DNA of 64,000 bases from Amoebophrya sp. A120 (taxonomy: Eukaryota > Protista > Dinoflagellata): positions 9,755,865-9,819,864 of the forward strand of contig CAJINV010000001.1 of the NCBI GenBank assembly GCA_905178155.1, read 5' to 3'. The translations under genes and the position numbers were made by a program. The notes under the pieces are model-generated. The model was not told the origin of the DNA. It ran no database searches and worked only from the letters and a program-made list of their open reading frames with translations. Position 1 is the first letter of the stretch, and the number at the start of each line of letters is the position of its first letter. Below are positions 12,775 to 23,606 of this stretch, piece by piece.

Positions 12775-13576
12775 CTTGATGGGGTGTTTAACTTTCGGGA
12801 TTCAGATTCATTTTCATATTCTACGTAGCCATCCTCTAACAACAAGGTTGGAGTTCATATAACCAACGCTGCCACGAAACATTCAGTTTTGGCAGAGTCA
12901 GTTCGATTTATGGAACGGAAAGGCTGCTTTCTGAGAGCGAGCAGCGATAGCGCAAAAACTGTCGCAGGAAAGAAATAGCCTGCTGAAAAAACACAAGAAA
13001 TGAAGGAGATCTCATCTTCACAAACTGTTTTACTGATGCATCGTCCATACGTCTTCATCGTGATCGTCATCTTCGTGTTGGAAGTCGATACGTACTCGCA
13101 CCGACAGAGTACATATTTGCTTTTTAGTCACAAACTTCGCAACAACTACAGCGTCTTCAACAAAGAACTTTCGATGAAACACACCTTCGACATCAGGAAA
13201 ACAACATGAGTGAGCGAATTGCGGCAATATGCCAAGACTCTGCTCCCTGGCACAGCGTTCTTTGTGCCACGCCCTCACTCTTTCTCTGCTTGCTATACTT
13301 TTACTTGTCCTTTGTTCTGTTCTTCTACTAAGCTTGTCACATGGAAAACCTTGTTGGTCGCTGCTGTGCATTCACCTGATTCAAAATTCGAGAACTACCT
13401 CTCACGTAGAAAAGAACTATGACGATGAAGCTCGCGCGTTTCGTAGTACAGCTGCTAGCAGAAGAACCGCCACGCGACTTACATGGCCAGTCGGCGCTGG
13501 AGCTCAACCAATGGAATGGGTCCACCATAACCAAACAGGAGCACCTCAGCCCGGGCCAACGCGCCACCCTCGTGGT

Positions 13577-14324
13577 TTAGGCCTTGTAAAACTTGCGGGT
13601 CGTGGCCAGGAACGCCTTGCCCTTCGCAGTTTTGCCTCCGCACGGCACAAAACCCTCCAACTTCAGCTCCTTTCTCGCCTTCATAAATGCTGCGTCTGTT
13701 GTGTGAACTGAGTCAGCTTGGTTCAAATCACTGATGGCGGTGCTTTCGTGTTCGTCGACAAACACCACAGGGAAAATTAGAACCAACAAGAGGGAAGCGG
13801 CGGAGCCAAAAAAGTGGCGCGCCGAAAAGTCAAAAACAAGAACAGCAAAGCAGGACAATACTCCAGGCGATGACTTTCTTGTACTGCTTGGACTTCTTCA
13901 CCGCCGCGACGACCTTCACACTGACGCACTTCCCAGTCACCTTCTTCCTCAAATCCGGTTTCTCCAAACCTCCTCCGGTCCGCTTCATTTCTCCCTTCAC
14001 CACCTTCCTCCGCACCGCGTAAATCCTCCGCTTCTTCGCCACCTTGCTCACCACCTGGGGTTAGATTGAAGTTTGTGTTTGTCATGCACAAGAAACACTA
14101 AAATTTTCATGAAACCGCCTAGGGTAAAAGATCGTGTCGCGTCTGAAGTCACAAAATGAACGAACAGATCTGCCCTGAGTGCAGCCCTCTTGTGCGACAA
14201 CGAAAGAAGAGCACACTGCTCAGAAAACGAACAACCAGAAAACTTTTCATACCTTCGCTTCCGCCATTTTTTTCATCCCCAATCCCATCTTTTTCATCCC
14301 CATTTTACTCATCATTTTCGCCAT
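13577..14324 (-). CDS. DVNP: Dinoflagellate/viral nucleoprotein, copy 1 (127 aa, 3 exons)
   Basis: Exons 14324-14253 (MAKMMSKMGMKKMGLGMKKMAEAK), 14054-13862 (VVSKVAKKRR...KRTGGGLEKPDLRKKVTGKCVSVK...W) and 13695-13577 (NAAFMKARKELKLEGFVPCGGKTAKGKAFLATTRKFYKA). The MKK-repeat tail, the T-GGL-K-DL-K---GK-VS core and the ARK-L---GFVP-GGK C-terminus are DVNP hallmarks. Confidence 0.92.
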
Positions 14325-14994
14325 GATGTCGCGCGTTTGTTTTGTAGAAGTATTTTTCCCTTTTAAGTTTAAACTTTGTTTCTATCTGATAGTGTGCTGA
14401 ATACATTTGCATTCAAAACCAAAAGAATATCCATGAGTAAATCCTCACGCCGTCACGCCCCAGTTCCGGTAGATTTCATTGCATCAACTCTGTTTAAGTT
14501 CAAGTTGTACTTACTTTCGTCAAAAAAACGCTTGTCTAGAAAAAACCTCAGCACTCACTCACACACGAAGACAAGGACGAAAGAACAGTGGTTGCGTACT
14601 CTGTTCATTTTCGAAAGTCGAGCGCTGTTTCGAGTCGCTTCCAAAAGAAATGCATGGGTCCTGCAGTTGCAGCTCGAATCCTTTCTCTACTTGCTATACT
14701 TTTCCTTTTCCTTTCTGTTTCTGTTCTTCATCTACTGGGATCATTGTGGAATTGTGGAGTTCGAATTTGTGGAATTGTGGAAGGAGGATTATGTTGCTCG
14801 CTGCATTCATCTGATTCAATAACTACCTCTCACGTAGACAAGAACTATTACGATAAAGCTCGCGCGTTTTGCTTTACTGCTAACCAATAGAAGACGGAAA
14901 ACAACCACGCGACTTACATGGCCAGTCGGCGCTGGAGCTCAACCGATGGAAAACGGGGGTACCTCAGCCCGGGCCACCGCGCAACCCTCGCGGC

Positions 14995-15673
14995 CTAGGC
15001 CTTGTAAAACTTGCGGGTCATCGCCAGTAACGCCTTGCCCTTCGCCGTTTTCCCTCCGCACGGGACAAAGCCCTCCAATTTCAGTTCCTTTCTCGCCCGG
15101 ATAAATGCCGCGTCTGTTGTGTAATTTGAGTCAACTGAACTTGGCTCACGCCACCGGCGGCGGTGCTTTCGTCGACACGCGCTACAGGGAAAATTACAAC
15201 CAGCACCAGACAAGAGGGAAGCAGCTGTGCAAAAAAGGTGAAAAAAAAGAACAGCAAAGCAGGAAAATACTCCAGGACATGATTTTTTTATATTGCTGCG
15301 TCTTCTTGACCGCCGCGGCGGCCCGGACGGAGACGATTTTGCCCGCCGGTTTCTTCCGCAGGTCCTTTTTTTCCAAGCCCCCAGCCGTCCGCTTCATCTC
15401 CCCCTTGTACACCTTCCGCCGAATGGCATACACCCTGCGCTTCTTTGCCAATTTGCTGACGACCTGTGGTAAAGTAACGTCCTTGCGTCCTCTGATGTCA
15501 CAAAGTGAGCGAGCAGATAGCCCTGCTGCCTCTTCATACGTTCGAGACACATTCATAGAAAACAAGAAGATGTAGATAAACACTTCGCAGAAAACACAGT
15601 GAGGAACAGGAAGCTTTTATATTCATACCTTCGCCTCCAGTTTCTTCATGCCCTTGCTCATCATCTTGGCCAT
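14995..15673 (-). CDS. DVNP: Dinoflagellate/viral nucleoprotein, copy 2 (118 aa, 3 exons)
   Basis: Exons 15673-15629 (MAKMMSKGMKKLEAK), 15463-15271 and 15113-14995. Intron positions and exon 2/3 lengths (193 and 119 nt) match copy 1. Motifs KRTAGGLEKKDLRKKPAGKIVS and ARKELKLEGFVPCGGKTAKGK. Confidence 0.92.
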
Positions 15674-16188
15674 TTTGTCGTGCGTTCGAGTTCGTAGTGT
15701 GGTATTACTATTATTCTTCAAACTGAAACTTTATTGCTTTTTTACTATGAATCCATCAAATGAGTTTGCTTTTGCATTCAAAGCCAAAAGAATTCAGTAA
15801 GTAGAATGAGAAAACGAAAAGCAAACTTATTGGAACCCGCGCTTCAACGCATCGTAGTAGATTTTGCTCGTGTCACTCTCGCTCACTCTCACGCCCAAAC
15901 TGCAACTTCCCCATGCCAATCAAGTCTCTTTTAGTATCAACAACCCACCTGGCGATTAAGTACTTACTTACATTCTTCTACACCGACCTTTCCTTTTTTT
16001 TTAACTTCGTCTTCTACATCAGCTCAACACTCACACAAAACAAAGAACGAAAGGGAAAGAAAATTGGTTGCGCATTCTCTTCAATTTCAAAGGTCAAGCT
16101 CTAGTTAGAGTCGCGGTCCAAGGACACGTTGGCGCCTGCCCCGAGCGACAGATTTATTGCATGTCGAATCCCATCTTGCACGCTGTTA

Positions 16189-19100
16189 CTAAGTCCTGAA
16201 AGCGCTCTCACTTAATAGGCAACTTTCTGACTGCTGTCCTGGTTCAGTCGTATCGGATTTGCTCTTGTCATCACCGCGACTAATCATCTCAAGTGCGATC
16301 GGTGCAAATTCTTTTCGCCTCTGAAAACCCTCGGAGGAGGCCGCGTACTGAATTTTCAGAAACTGACCGTAGTCGATCGGATCTAACCAAACGCGCACGG
16401 AGCCGTCACCCAGCTGCTTCTCTAGAAGACCGGTGTTGCGTGCCCAGGTGTATCCTGGCTCTCGCGGTCCTATCGTAACAAGCTGCGTCTGCTTGATATC
16501 AATCTTTGTCTTTGGCTTGGTCCAACGGAAGTCTTCCTCTTCTTCAACTCTACCTCTATGTGCTTCGACGATGCCAGTGCAACCCTGGTGCAGTTTCTCC
16601 TGCTGACCAGACCGAAAGCTGGCGACGAGGACTTCATGATCGGCTCCTTCCTGCATTCCTACCGTGGGCGACGGTGATGAAGACGATCGGATCACAGCAG
16701 TCGCTTCTGCACATTCGTCAGCCGGTTCCCTACGTCCTCGTCGCGTGGTCGAGGTTACAAAATCCAGAAAATTTGTTTTCTGGACAGAAGCAGTAAATCC
16801 TGCGCAAGTTCGGACTTTGCTCGTCTTCACAAGCCGAGACGGCTCTCGCGACGAGGCGAATTTCGATCTTGACGTTTCAGCTGGAAACTCAACATCTGCT
16901 TTCGCCTCGGCTCCCTTCGCACAGTTCACAATCTCAGCCTCGTCTACCTTCTTCTCAGAATTGCAGTTCCCGAAAACTGTGAGGGGTAGCTGTTTCGTAA
17001 TTCTAGCTGGCTCTGGGTCTGGGTCATTCTCATTTTGCGCGATAGTGATAACTTTCCGTCTTTTCACGATGCTGCCATCCGCTGCTTCGATGTATTTTCG
17101 TTTTCGCACCGCGGCAAGGGGAATGTCAGTCCGATCCTTCTCCCGCATGAAAACCCCATGCGTCGGACCGAAATGCTCGTTTAAATTGAAGGCCGCTGCC
17201 GGTTTCCGATAGTCGACTTCTTCCAGCATATCATCCTCCGCTAGCGCTGCAGTTATGGGGTAGTTGTCCTTCTGATTGTTGCCGAACCAGGCAGAGCGGC
17301 GGGCCCACTTGAAGATGCACTCCAGCACATCCCGTAGCTCTTCCACACCCTCACCGGTTCTCGCGGAAGTCAGAATCGGCATGCGATTCGAAATCTGCAA
17401 TTTCGACGCCTGCTCCAGTAGCGGCTCCAGCGCTTCCGAGTACAATGAGGACTGTGCAAACCGCGACGCACGCTTGTTGCCCTGTTCCCCGGGACGAGGA
17501 CTCTTCTCGTAGGGGCTGTGATTTCTTGCTTGGTTTTTATCGTCATAATTATTTGATGAGCCATCTAGTTGTCCCTGATCGACGCCTGCTGCACGTTGCA
17601 GCCGCTCCGCTTCCACTTCAGCATCGGTTTTCCTTCTGTCGTCGATTTTTGCTTGCACGGTGTCGCGGTAGGACAAAGAGCCCTGCTCGCGGTCCCGCCA
17701 GCAACCCGTGGAGCTTGTGCTAAGGCGCGGTAGCGAGGAGGAAATACTGGCACTGCGATCGGAAATTCGTAGTTGCGATGGGGAACCACCACCGCTTGAA
17801 GAGGACGGTAAGAGCAGCCTGTTGTCCAAGCAGGAACTAGTCAAGACCCGCTGCCCGCCAATCGCCGCGTGCGCCACCAGACTGTCCTTTTTCTTTGCTC
17901 GCTCCTCCTTCAGACGGAGCTTTTGTTCCTGGATTTCGTCGCGCAACTTCTTCGACTCTGCATGCTCATACTGCTTACCTTCGTACTTTTCAAACACCAC
18001 GTCCGGTTTCATGGTTGCCGGCCTGGTTTCGTCCTGGACCGCGCCGTCGATGCCCATTTTGTCGGTCCGCGACCCAAAATCCGTGGCGTCCCCGGAGTCG
18101 CCCTGGAGGCCAACCTGGCGCAGCGTCGTGGACGCACCGTAGACCGGCTTGGACCAGTGAAACTCGTGGCGCTTGCCGATTTCCCAGTCCCGCAACACGT
18201 CGCATTTGTTCCAGACTTCGACAATCGGCACGAATTTTGGGCACCGCTTGTACTTTTTCTTGTCCTTGTCGTGGTGGCTCCAATCGAAGAACAGCCGGTC
18301 CTTCAGGGGCCGACGCTCGAGCGTCAAGTCGCCGCGATACCACTCCTCGCGCAGCTTCACGCGGTGCTCGCGCTCCGCCTCGGTCTCCAAGTTTTTCAGC
18401 GGCACCATGGGTATCTCCAGTTTGTCTTGGGAAGATGATGCAGGCGCGTCTGCACCCTTCTTTTCATCACCTTCCGCTGAAGATGATGTCGAATTTTTAT
18501 CGGGTAGTGGCTCTTCACTTGGACTTTGCTCTTCCTTTCCGCCTGGGGGTTTTTGTGCCGCAGCTGTCGCTGCGTAGTTGAAAGGATCATTTGCGTCGGG
18601 GGAAGATTCTTCCTTCTCCTCGCCCGGACTGTTGCACTTGCCAAGAATTATTTGTTGTCGCGCCAGCATCTCCTCGGCTTGCAGCCTGGCGTTCTTAAAG
18701 AACGGGTCTTTCGCCTGCTTCTTCTGATCCCGCTTCGGCATCAAGCGCGCGTCCACAAGCTCCGGTCGCGGCGCCGCGTAGCCGCCGCTGCGCGACATAT
18801 TGCGCTCTTTGATGCGTAGGCGGGCTTTCTTTTCTGGCACTTCGATACGATTTTCCGGCTCGGCCTGTTGTTCTCCGTTCTGAGCCTCGCACTCGCTTGC
18901 TTCAGACGGACTCGAATAATCACTGACTTGCTCCACTTCTACTGCTTCTGCAACGGGCGTACTTTCAGCGGAGGCTGCACATGCCTCCGAAGAAGAGTTC
19001 GACAGCTGCTCACCCTCATCCACGACCCTGGACGACACGCACGGAATCAATTTTCTTCTCCCTTCGCTCGCCGCCTTCGCTTCTCGAATTGCTTTTCGCT

Positions 19101-21642
19101 CCTCTTGTGACCAGCCAGACTGGAGGAAAGTCGCCCGTGCCTCCTCATGCTTCTGCCCAATCGCGTTGGTTCGGTCGTCCTTTTTGCCAAACATCGCAAT
19201 TTCGCGCGCGATGCGGGCTTCTTTTCCGTGAATCGCGAAACTGTACAGGTAGGACTGTCTCACGTCCGGCAAGCTGGCGTCGGTTTTCAGCGGGTCACGA
19301 TACGGCGCTGACTCTTCCTCAGAAGTTGTAGAGCTGTCAAGTCTGCTGGTTGTACTCGAGTTTTCTTCTTGATTTTGATCCGCGCTAGCACTACTTTGCG
19401 GCGCAGTCGTGCATTTAGAAGTGTCGCTGTCCTCTTCTTCTTCCGCATCGTCCACAGGCATGCTCTCCCCAACGAAACGCTCGCGCTCTCCCGGCAAAAG
19501 TCCTCCCAGACCGAACTTGGGACTGCCCAGCGCAACTTCTTCGTTGTCAAACGCGTTTGCGATTCCGGCCTTGAACATGGTCACCCGCGTCGCGTCGTGG
19601 TGCTCCCAAAACTGCTGGTGCCCGGGAATCGTGACGTCCTGTACGTGCAGAATCACGCTGCAGTGCCGCATCTCCTCGATCATCGCGAGAAAGACCGTAA
19701 ACAGGTTCATCGGCAGCTTTTTCAACACCCCGATGGTGTCGAGTAAGAAAGCCTGCTCGCTATTGCACTCCACCCGACGGAGTTTCGTTTCTGCGGTGCA
19801 AAAGTACATGTTCTTCTCGTCCAAAGGCTTTCCCATTGACCGCTGCGCAACACGGTCCTTATCCAGAACGTCGTCGGTGGCGTTTTCTCTCCCTGTGCTG
19901 CTGTTATCTTCTGCAGCTTCATCTGGAGGTAGCTCGCCGTGGATCTTCACTCTTGCTGTCTTGTGATCAGGGGAAACCCCCACATCAACAACCGCGCGGC
20001 AGTCGTAGTGGCGGCCGTTGCTTGCCATCAAACGGTTTATGAGAGCCGATTTCCCCACGTTCGTGTACCCAACTACTCCGATCACATTCTTCCCCTTCGT
20101 GATCTGCCTTCGCTCCTCCGCTTTTCTGAAGAGAACTTTCTCGAATCCGTCCCTGACTCTCTTCATCGCCCCGGTCCGGTACTCGGCTTCGCGGTCAGGG
20201 TAATTGTAGGTCCTGTGGTCATCGGTGAACGAGTGACACACGTTCCACGCGTGCGCGCTGCGACCGTGCTTCGTGAAACTCAACCCCAGGTGCTCCTGAT
20301 TTGTCGCGACGCAATGCTGCACCTTTTTCTCCCCCAACGACCTCGCTAAGTCATCCATCCACCGCTTCGCGTTCCAGGAGGCCGTGCGCCACATATTGGT
20401 TTTCAAATTGTTCAAGCTCGCCACCTTCACCTGGTGGCGGCACGCCGGGTCGCGGGTCGCGCGCCGCTCGAAAATTTTCAGAATTGCCGTGGTTCGGTCG
20501 AGCACTTCGATTTGTTTTGTCGTCTTTTCCGTCACCTGGATGAAGGATTGGATCACGTTCATTGCCATTTCCAGGTTGTACTGCTGTTTCGGATGGAGGT
20601 TGACATTGAAAAAAACTGCTTGCGGGGGCGGATATCGGGCTTTCACGCTGATGTTCGGCGTCAGCAGCTTCGCAGGCCTCACGTCGTCCCCGAAGTCATA
20701 CGCCGTGCGGTTCCCCACGGCGATTGAGTGCGAAACCTCGGGTGTGAGAATACTTTCACCCACTTCGTAGTCCATTTTCTTTTCTAATTTTTCGGCCCGC
20801 GACAGCTTCTCTTGCCTTTCCGATTGGTTCAACAATTCATCGATCTTCGCCTGCTTCTCCGGACAGTCGACCGTGATTCTGTCGAGCGCCGCGTCGATGT
20901 CGCCGGAGTGCTGCGAACCCGGGTCGACCAGCGCTGCTGTTTTTCGGTAGGGAACGCGCTTTCGGCTCGGAATCCCGGCGCCGCGCAGATGCCGTCGCTC
21001 CATGTTCTGCTTCAGAGATTCCGGCATCAGCGCTTCCACCTCCACCCCTAGCTCTTCCGCAAGTTGCGCACGCAGCTCGTTCTTCCGCGCCATGCGCTCC
21101 GATCGCCGCTCCGCTGCGTCGACGTAGTGGGCGAGTTTCAGTAAGGCATCTAGATTGTCCCGACCCTCGTGCAGATCTACGATGCGTTTGCCCACCCGCT
21201 TCAGCTCTTCGCCGTTAATGAAGTACTTGTCGTTTATCATCGGGATCGTTGACCGCCCCCAAAGCCGGCAAAGCGGGTGGGGGATCGGCGTCCATCCGGC
21301 AGCTTCGCAGATCCGGTGCGCCTCCGTCTGGTCCCACAGAGCCTCCTCCCAGGTCGTGTTCGGCTTTTTCATGGACAGAACCAAGACGCCGGGGCGGCGA
21401 TTGGCCCCAAAACTATCCACGTCATCCACCTCGACATTGTCCGTGTCAACGCAGTCCGGGTGCTCGTCGCGGTAGGAGCTGACTGACCTGCGGGCTTGGT
21501 TTCCTGTGTACTGTTGCGCGACCGTGGCGCGCGGAGGCACTGCAGGGTGAGAGTTTGAATGTCCGCAATGTACATTCCGTGGCTTTGTCCATACTTCATG
21601 GTGCAACTTGATTTTGTGTCGCAAGAGCACGCGTCCGTTCAT
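16189..21642 (-). CDS. hflX: HflX/GTPBP6-family ribosome-splitting GTPase with very large insertions (about 1800 aa, apparently intronless)
   Basis: N-domain VFFNVNLHPKQQYNLE and VLDRTTAILKIFERRA; G1 VGYTNVGKS, G2 FCT, G3 DTIG followed by LP..L...F...IEE and ILHVQD, G4 NKCD, G5 SARTGEGVEEL. First ATG at 21642; the ORF track starts at GTG 21699. Confidence 0.85.
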   Translation of the reverse strand: MNGRVLLRHKIKLHHEVWTKPRNVHCGHSNSHPAVPPRATVAQQYTGNQARRSVSSYRDEHPDCVDTDNVEVDDVDSFGANRRPGVLVLSMKKPNTTWEEALWDQTEAHRICEAAGWTPIPHPLCRLWGRSTIPMINDKYFINGEELKRVGKRIVDLHEGRDNLDALLKLAHYVDAAERRSERMARKNELRAQLAEELGVEVEALMPESLKQNMERRHLRGAGIPSRKRVPYRKTAALVDPGSQHSGDIDAALDRITVDCPEKQAKIDELLNQSERQEKLSRAEKLEKKMDYEVGESILTPEVSHSIAVGNRTAYDFGDDVRPAKLLTPNISVKARYPPPQAVFFNVNLHPKQQYNLEMAMNVIQSFIQVTEKTTKQIEVLDRTTAILKIFERRATRDPACRHQVKVASLNNLKTNMWRTASWNAKRWMDDLARSLGEKKVQHCVATNQEHLGLSFTKHGRSAHAWNVCHSFTDDHRTYNYPDREAEYRTGAMKRVRDGFEKVLFRKAEERRQITKGKNVIGVVGYTNVGKSALINRLMASNGRHYDCRAVVDVGVSPDHKTARVKIHGELPPDEAAEDNSSTGRENATDDVLDKDRVAQRSMGKPLDEKNMYFCTAETKLRRVECNSEQAFLLDTIGVLKKLPMNLFTVFLAMIEEMRHCSVILHVQDVTIPGHQQFWEHHDATRVTMFKAGIANAFDNEEVALGSPKFGLGGLLPGERERFVGESMPVDDAEEEEDSDTSKCTTAPQSSASADQNQEENSSTTSRLDSSTTSEEESAPYRDPLKTDASLPDVRQSYLYSFAIHGKEARIAREIAMFGKKDDRTNAIGQKHEEARATFLQSGWSQEERKAIREAKAASEGRRKLIPCVSSRVVDEGEQLSNSSSEACAASAESTPVAEAVEVEQVSDYSSPSEASECEAQNGEQQAEPENRIEVPEKKARLRIKERNMSRSGGYAAPRPELVDARLMPKRDQKKQAKDPFFKNARLQAEEMLARQQIILGKCNSPGEEKEESSPDANDPFNYAATAAAQKPPGGKEEQSPSEEPLPDKNSTSSSAEGDEKKGADAPASSSQDKLEIPMVPLKNLETEAEREHRVKLREEWYRGDLTLERRPLKDRLFFDWSHHDKDKKKYKRCPKFVPIVEVWNKCDVLRDWEIGKRHEFHWSKPVYGASTTLRQVGLQGDSGDATDFGSRTDKMGIDGAVQDETRPATMKPDVVFEKYEGKQYEHAESKKLRDEIQEQKLRLKEERAKKKDSLVAHAAIGGQRVLTSSCLDNRLLLPSSSSGGGSPSQLRISDRSASISSSLPRLSTSSTGCWRDREQGSLSYRDTVQAKIDDRRKTDAEVEAERLQRAAGVDQGQLDGSSNNYDDKNQARNHSPYEKSPRPGEQGNKRASRFAQSSLYSEALEPLLEQASKLQISNRMPILTSARTGEGVEELRDVLECIFKWARRSAWFGNNQKDNYPITAALAEDDMLEEVDYRKPAAAFNLNEHFGPTHGVFMREKDRTDIPLAAVRKRKYIEAADGSIVKRRKVITIAQNENDPDPEPARITKQLPLTVFGNCNSEKKVDEAEIVNCAKGAEAKADVEFPAETSRSKFASSREPSRLVKTSKVRTCAGFTASVQKTNFLDFVTSTTRRGRREPADECAEATAVIRSSSSPSPTVGMQEGADHEVLVASFRSGQQEKLHQGCTGIVEAHRGRVEEEEDFRWTKPKTKIDIKQTQLVTIGPREPGYTWARNTGLLEKQLGDGSVRVWLDPIDYGQFLKIQYAASSEGFQRRKEFAPIALEMISRGDDKSKSDTTEPGQQSESCLLSESAFRT

Positions 21643-22433
21643 TTTGCAAAAGATGATCCGTCTCCCGCCAAGAATCTCATTTCTTGCATTTGCTTCCACT
21701 TCGCGACTGCAACTGCTGCGAACTTGTCCACGGCCAGAATCTGCAAACGTGGCGCGAAATGATCCTCATCTTCCTGACCGCAGTTGCGCACGAATTTAGC
21801 TCAAACCCAGTTGATAGCGATAAAATGAAGTAGAGAGAAAGAAAAAAGTTCACGTCGTCAGGGTCAGCGAAAAGACAGTATAAACAGATGAAGAGCAGTT
21901 TTAATTGTTGATCAGCGCTGGTTCTGGAAGACTGAGGCGCACTGAATTTAGATACGGCTTTAGTGCTCTGCCTTGAAGCTTTCACGATCATGAATTCCAC
22001 TGAGTCGAGCACGGGACCGGAGACGACCGCAAACCGATCATGCCGGGGCCTCTTTCTGGTGACCGAAACACCGACAGAAATAAAGAAACCAGCCGAAAAG
22101 AAACGCGCGACTATGCATTCAAGTTCCACCACGAAGACGAACGAAAAGGCTTTTTGCCAACTCACAAGTCCTGATCTACTGGCCGCGCTGAACAAGTGCA
22201 GAATTGAGCCGATTCACGACAGGATGCCACCAGAAGTTGTCCCAAGATCGCAATCTTAGTCTTACCACATCCTTGTTGTATATTTCGAATTACAAGTTTT
22301 GCTCACAAGCGGACACACTTGTCCTTATGAAGAGTTTTTGTTCCGCAGACATTTTTCAACTTCATCACGTACACGCTCACGCAAAGATAAAGATAGCATT
22401 TCACGTCAGCGTGCTTTCTGCACTAATCGCACA

Positions 22434-23606
22434 TCACCCTCCGCGCCGACCGAAGTGCCTGGCGCCCGATATGGAAGGTCCTCTTTCGATCGTGCTCCCG
22501 TCGTCCAGATAGTGCCAGTAGCCTTTCCGCCCCGACGCGTTCCTGTTTTTCGCGCGATAATGCTGCGCTCGCCACAGCAACTTATTCTTAAACACCGCGA
22601 GATCCTTTGCTACCGCCTCGACATCTTCTTTCATGGAACATTCCCAGTCCAATGTCGCGCTCTCTTCCGCCAGAGCCAGGGCTTCTCGCATACCGTCCAC
22701 ATTTTCGCACTGATTCGAGAAAACCTCGCGTTTGGTTTGTCCGTAGTTGGGGTTGGAATAAGATGCCACCTCCCAAAATGGCTGCACCGCTTCCAGCATC
22801 GCTTCGATTTTCGAAAATTTCTGGCGAAACGCGAGCACGGCGTATGCCTCCTCTGGTGGGCGGAAGAAGTTTGGGTCGTAGTACTTTTCGTTGACAAGTT
22901 TAAATAGACCCTGCTTCTCATAAGTTGCTAAGCTTGGCCAGAGACAATCCCGCTCGGGCGTTTTGCACCGTGTCCAGTGGTGAGCAAAGTACCAGTCAAC
23001 GGAGAAGCAGTTCTTTTTCCAGGGGAATCCGCAATCCTCGGCGAAACTCAGCTTTTCGATGCACTCCGGGGAAAGTAACTCCATCATCCACTTCAGCAAT
23101 TTCGACTGTCCCGCCGCTCCCGCTTTGCTCGCATCATAATACTCGTCTGCTACCGGACAGCCGCTTAGTGTCGGATCGGCATCGCCAGTGTGTAAAAGGT
23201 AGCGGACGACGTCGACGTGGCCACCATACGCCGCGTACGAAAGCGCTGTCATGTCGTGCCACTCCCACTCCTTCGTATACCCGCCGATTTTGTAATCTAC
23301 TTCGGTCCAGTGCCGGGTAGAGTTCACAAGCGTCCTCCGCTCGTTGCCCGGCTGCGTTTCCTCCACCAGGCGCTTGACTGCATCGATATCACCCTTCTTG
23401 ACCGCAGAAACTATATCCGAGTCGGCACTGCGTGGCCGGCTACCAGCAACATCCAGCCAGAGGTGGTTTCCATATGTTTCGCACGCCTCAGAACCGGACG
23501 AAAGACAGGACGAGTCGTCTTCCTCGGCGCTCTCTCCATCTGAAGAGTCTGAGGAGCGACGAAAGGAGCTACGCCATTCGTCTTCTGGAGAATTGAACTG
23601 CGACAT
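22434..23606 (-). CDS. Ankyrin-repeat protein, intronless (about 390 aa)
   Basis: SAVKKGDIDAVKRLVE and TALSYAAYGGHVDVVRYLLHTGDADP are ankyrin consensus. First ATG at 23606. Confidence 0.8.
   Translation of the reverse strand: MSQFNSPEDEWRSSFRRSSDSSDGESAEEDDSSCLSSGSEACETYGNHLWLDVAGSRPRSADSDIVSAVKKGDIDAVKRLVEETQPGNERRTLVNSTRHWTEVDYKIGGYTKEWEWHDMTALSYAAYGGHVDVVRYLLHTGDADPTLSGCPVADEYYDASKAGAAGQSKLLKWMMELLSPECIEKLSFAEDCGFPWKKNCFSVDWYFAHHWTRCKTPERDCLWPSLATYEKQGLFKLVNEKYYDPNFFRPPEEAYAVLAFRQKFSKIEAMLEAVQPFWEVASYSNPNYGQTKREVFSNQCENVDGMREALALAEESATLDWECSMKEDVEAVAKDLAVFKNKLLWRAQHYRAKNRNASGRKGYWHYLDDGSTIERGPSISGARHFGRRGG

Larger units (their letters stand above)
13360..15795. repeat. Diverged tandem duplication (about 1.4 kb period) carrying the two DVNP genes and their flanks
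   Basis: Similar blocks at 13365-13580 vs 14800-15000 (3' UTR) and 14407-14428 vs about 15771-15793 (tttgcattcaaa[ag]ccaaaagaat, upstream), plus paralogous exons. Confidence 0.9.

Noticed and set aside
13800-13820. Spliced-leader relic-like sequence (gccacttttttggctc on the minus strand); also cgtagccat at about 12824
   Set aside because: The matches are partial; one lies inside an intron and the other is on the wrong strand. Consistent with chance.
17370-19720. HflX insertions as inteins
   Set aside because: They are low-complexity charged sequence with no intein terminal residues or LAGLIDADG motifs seen.
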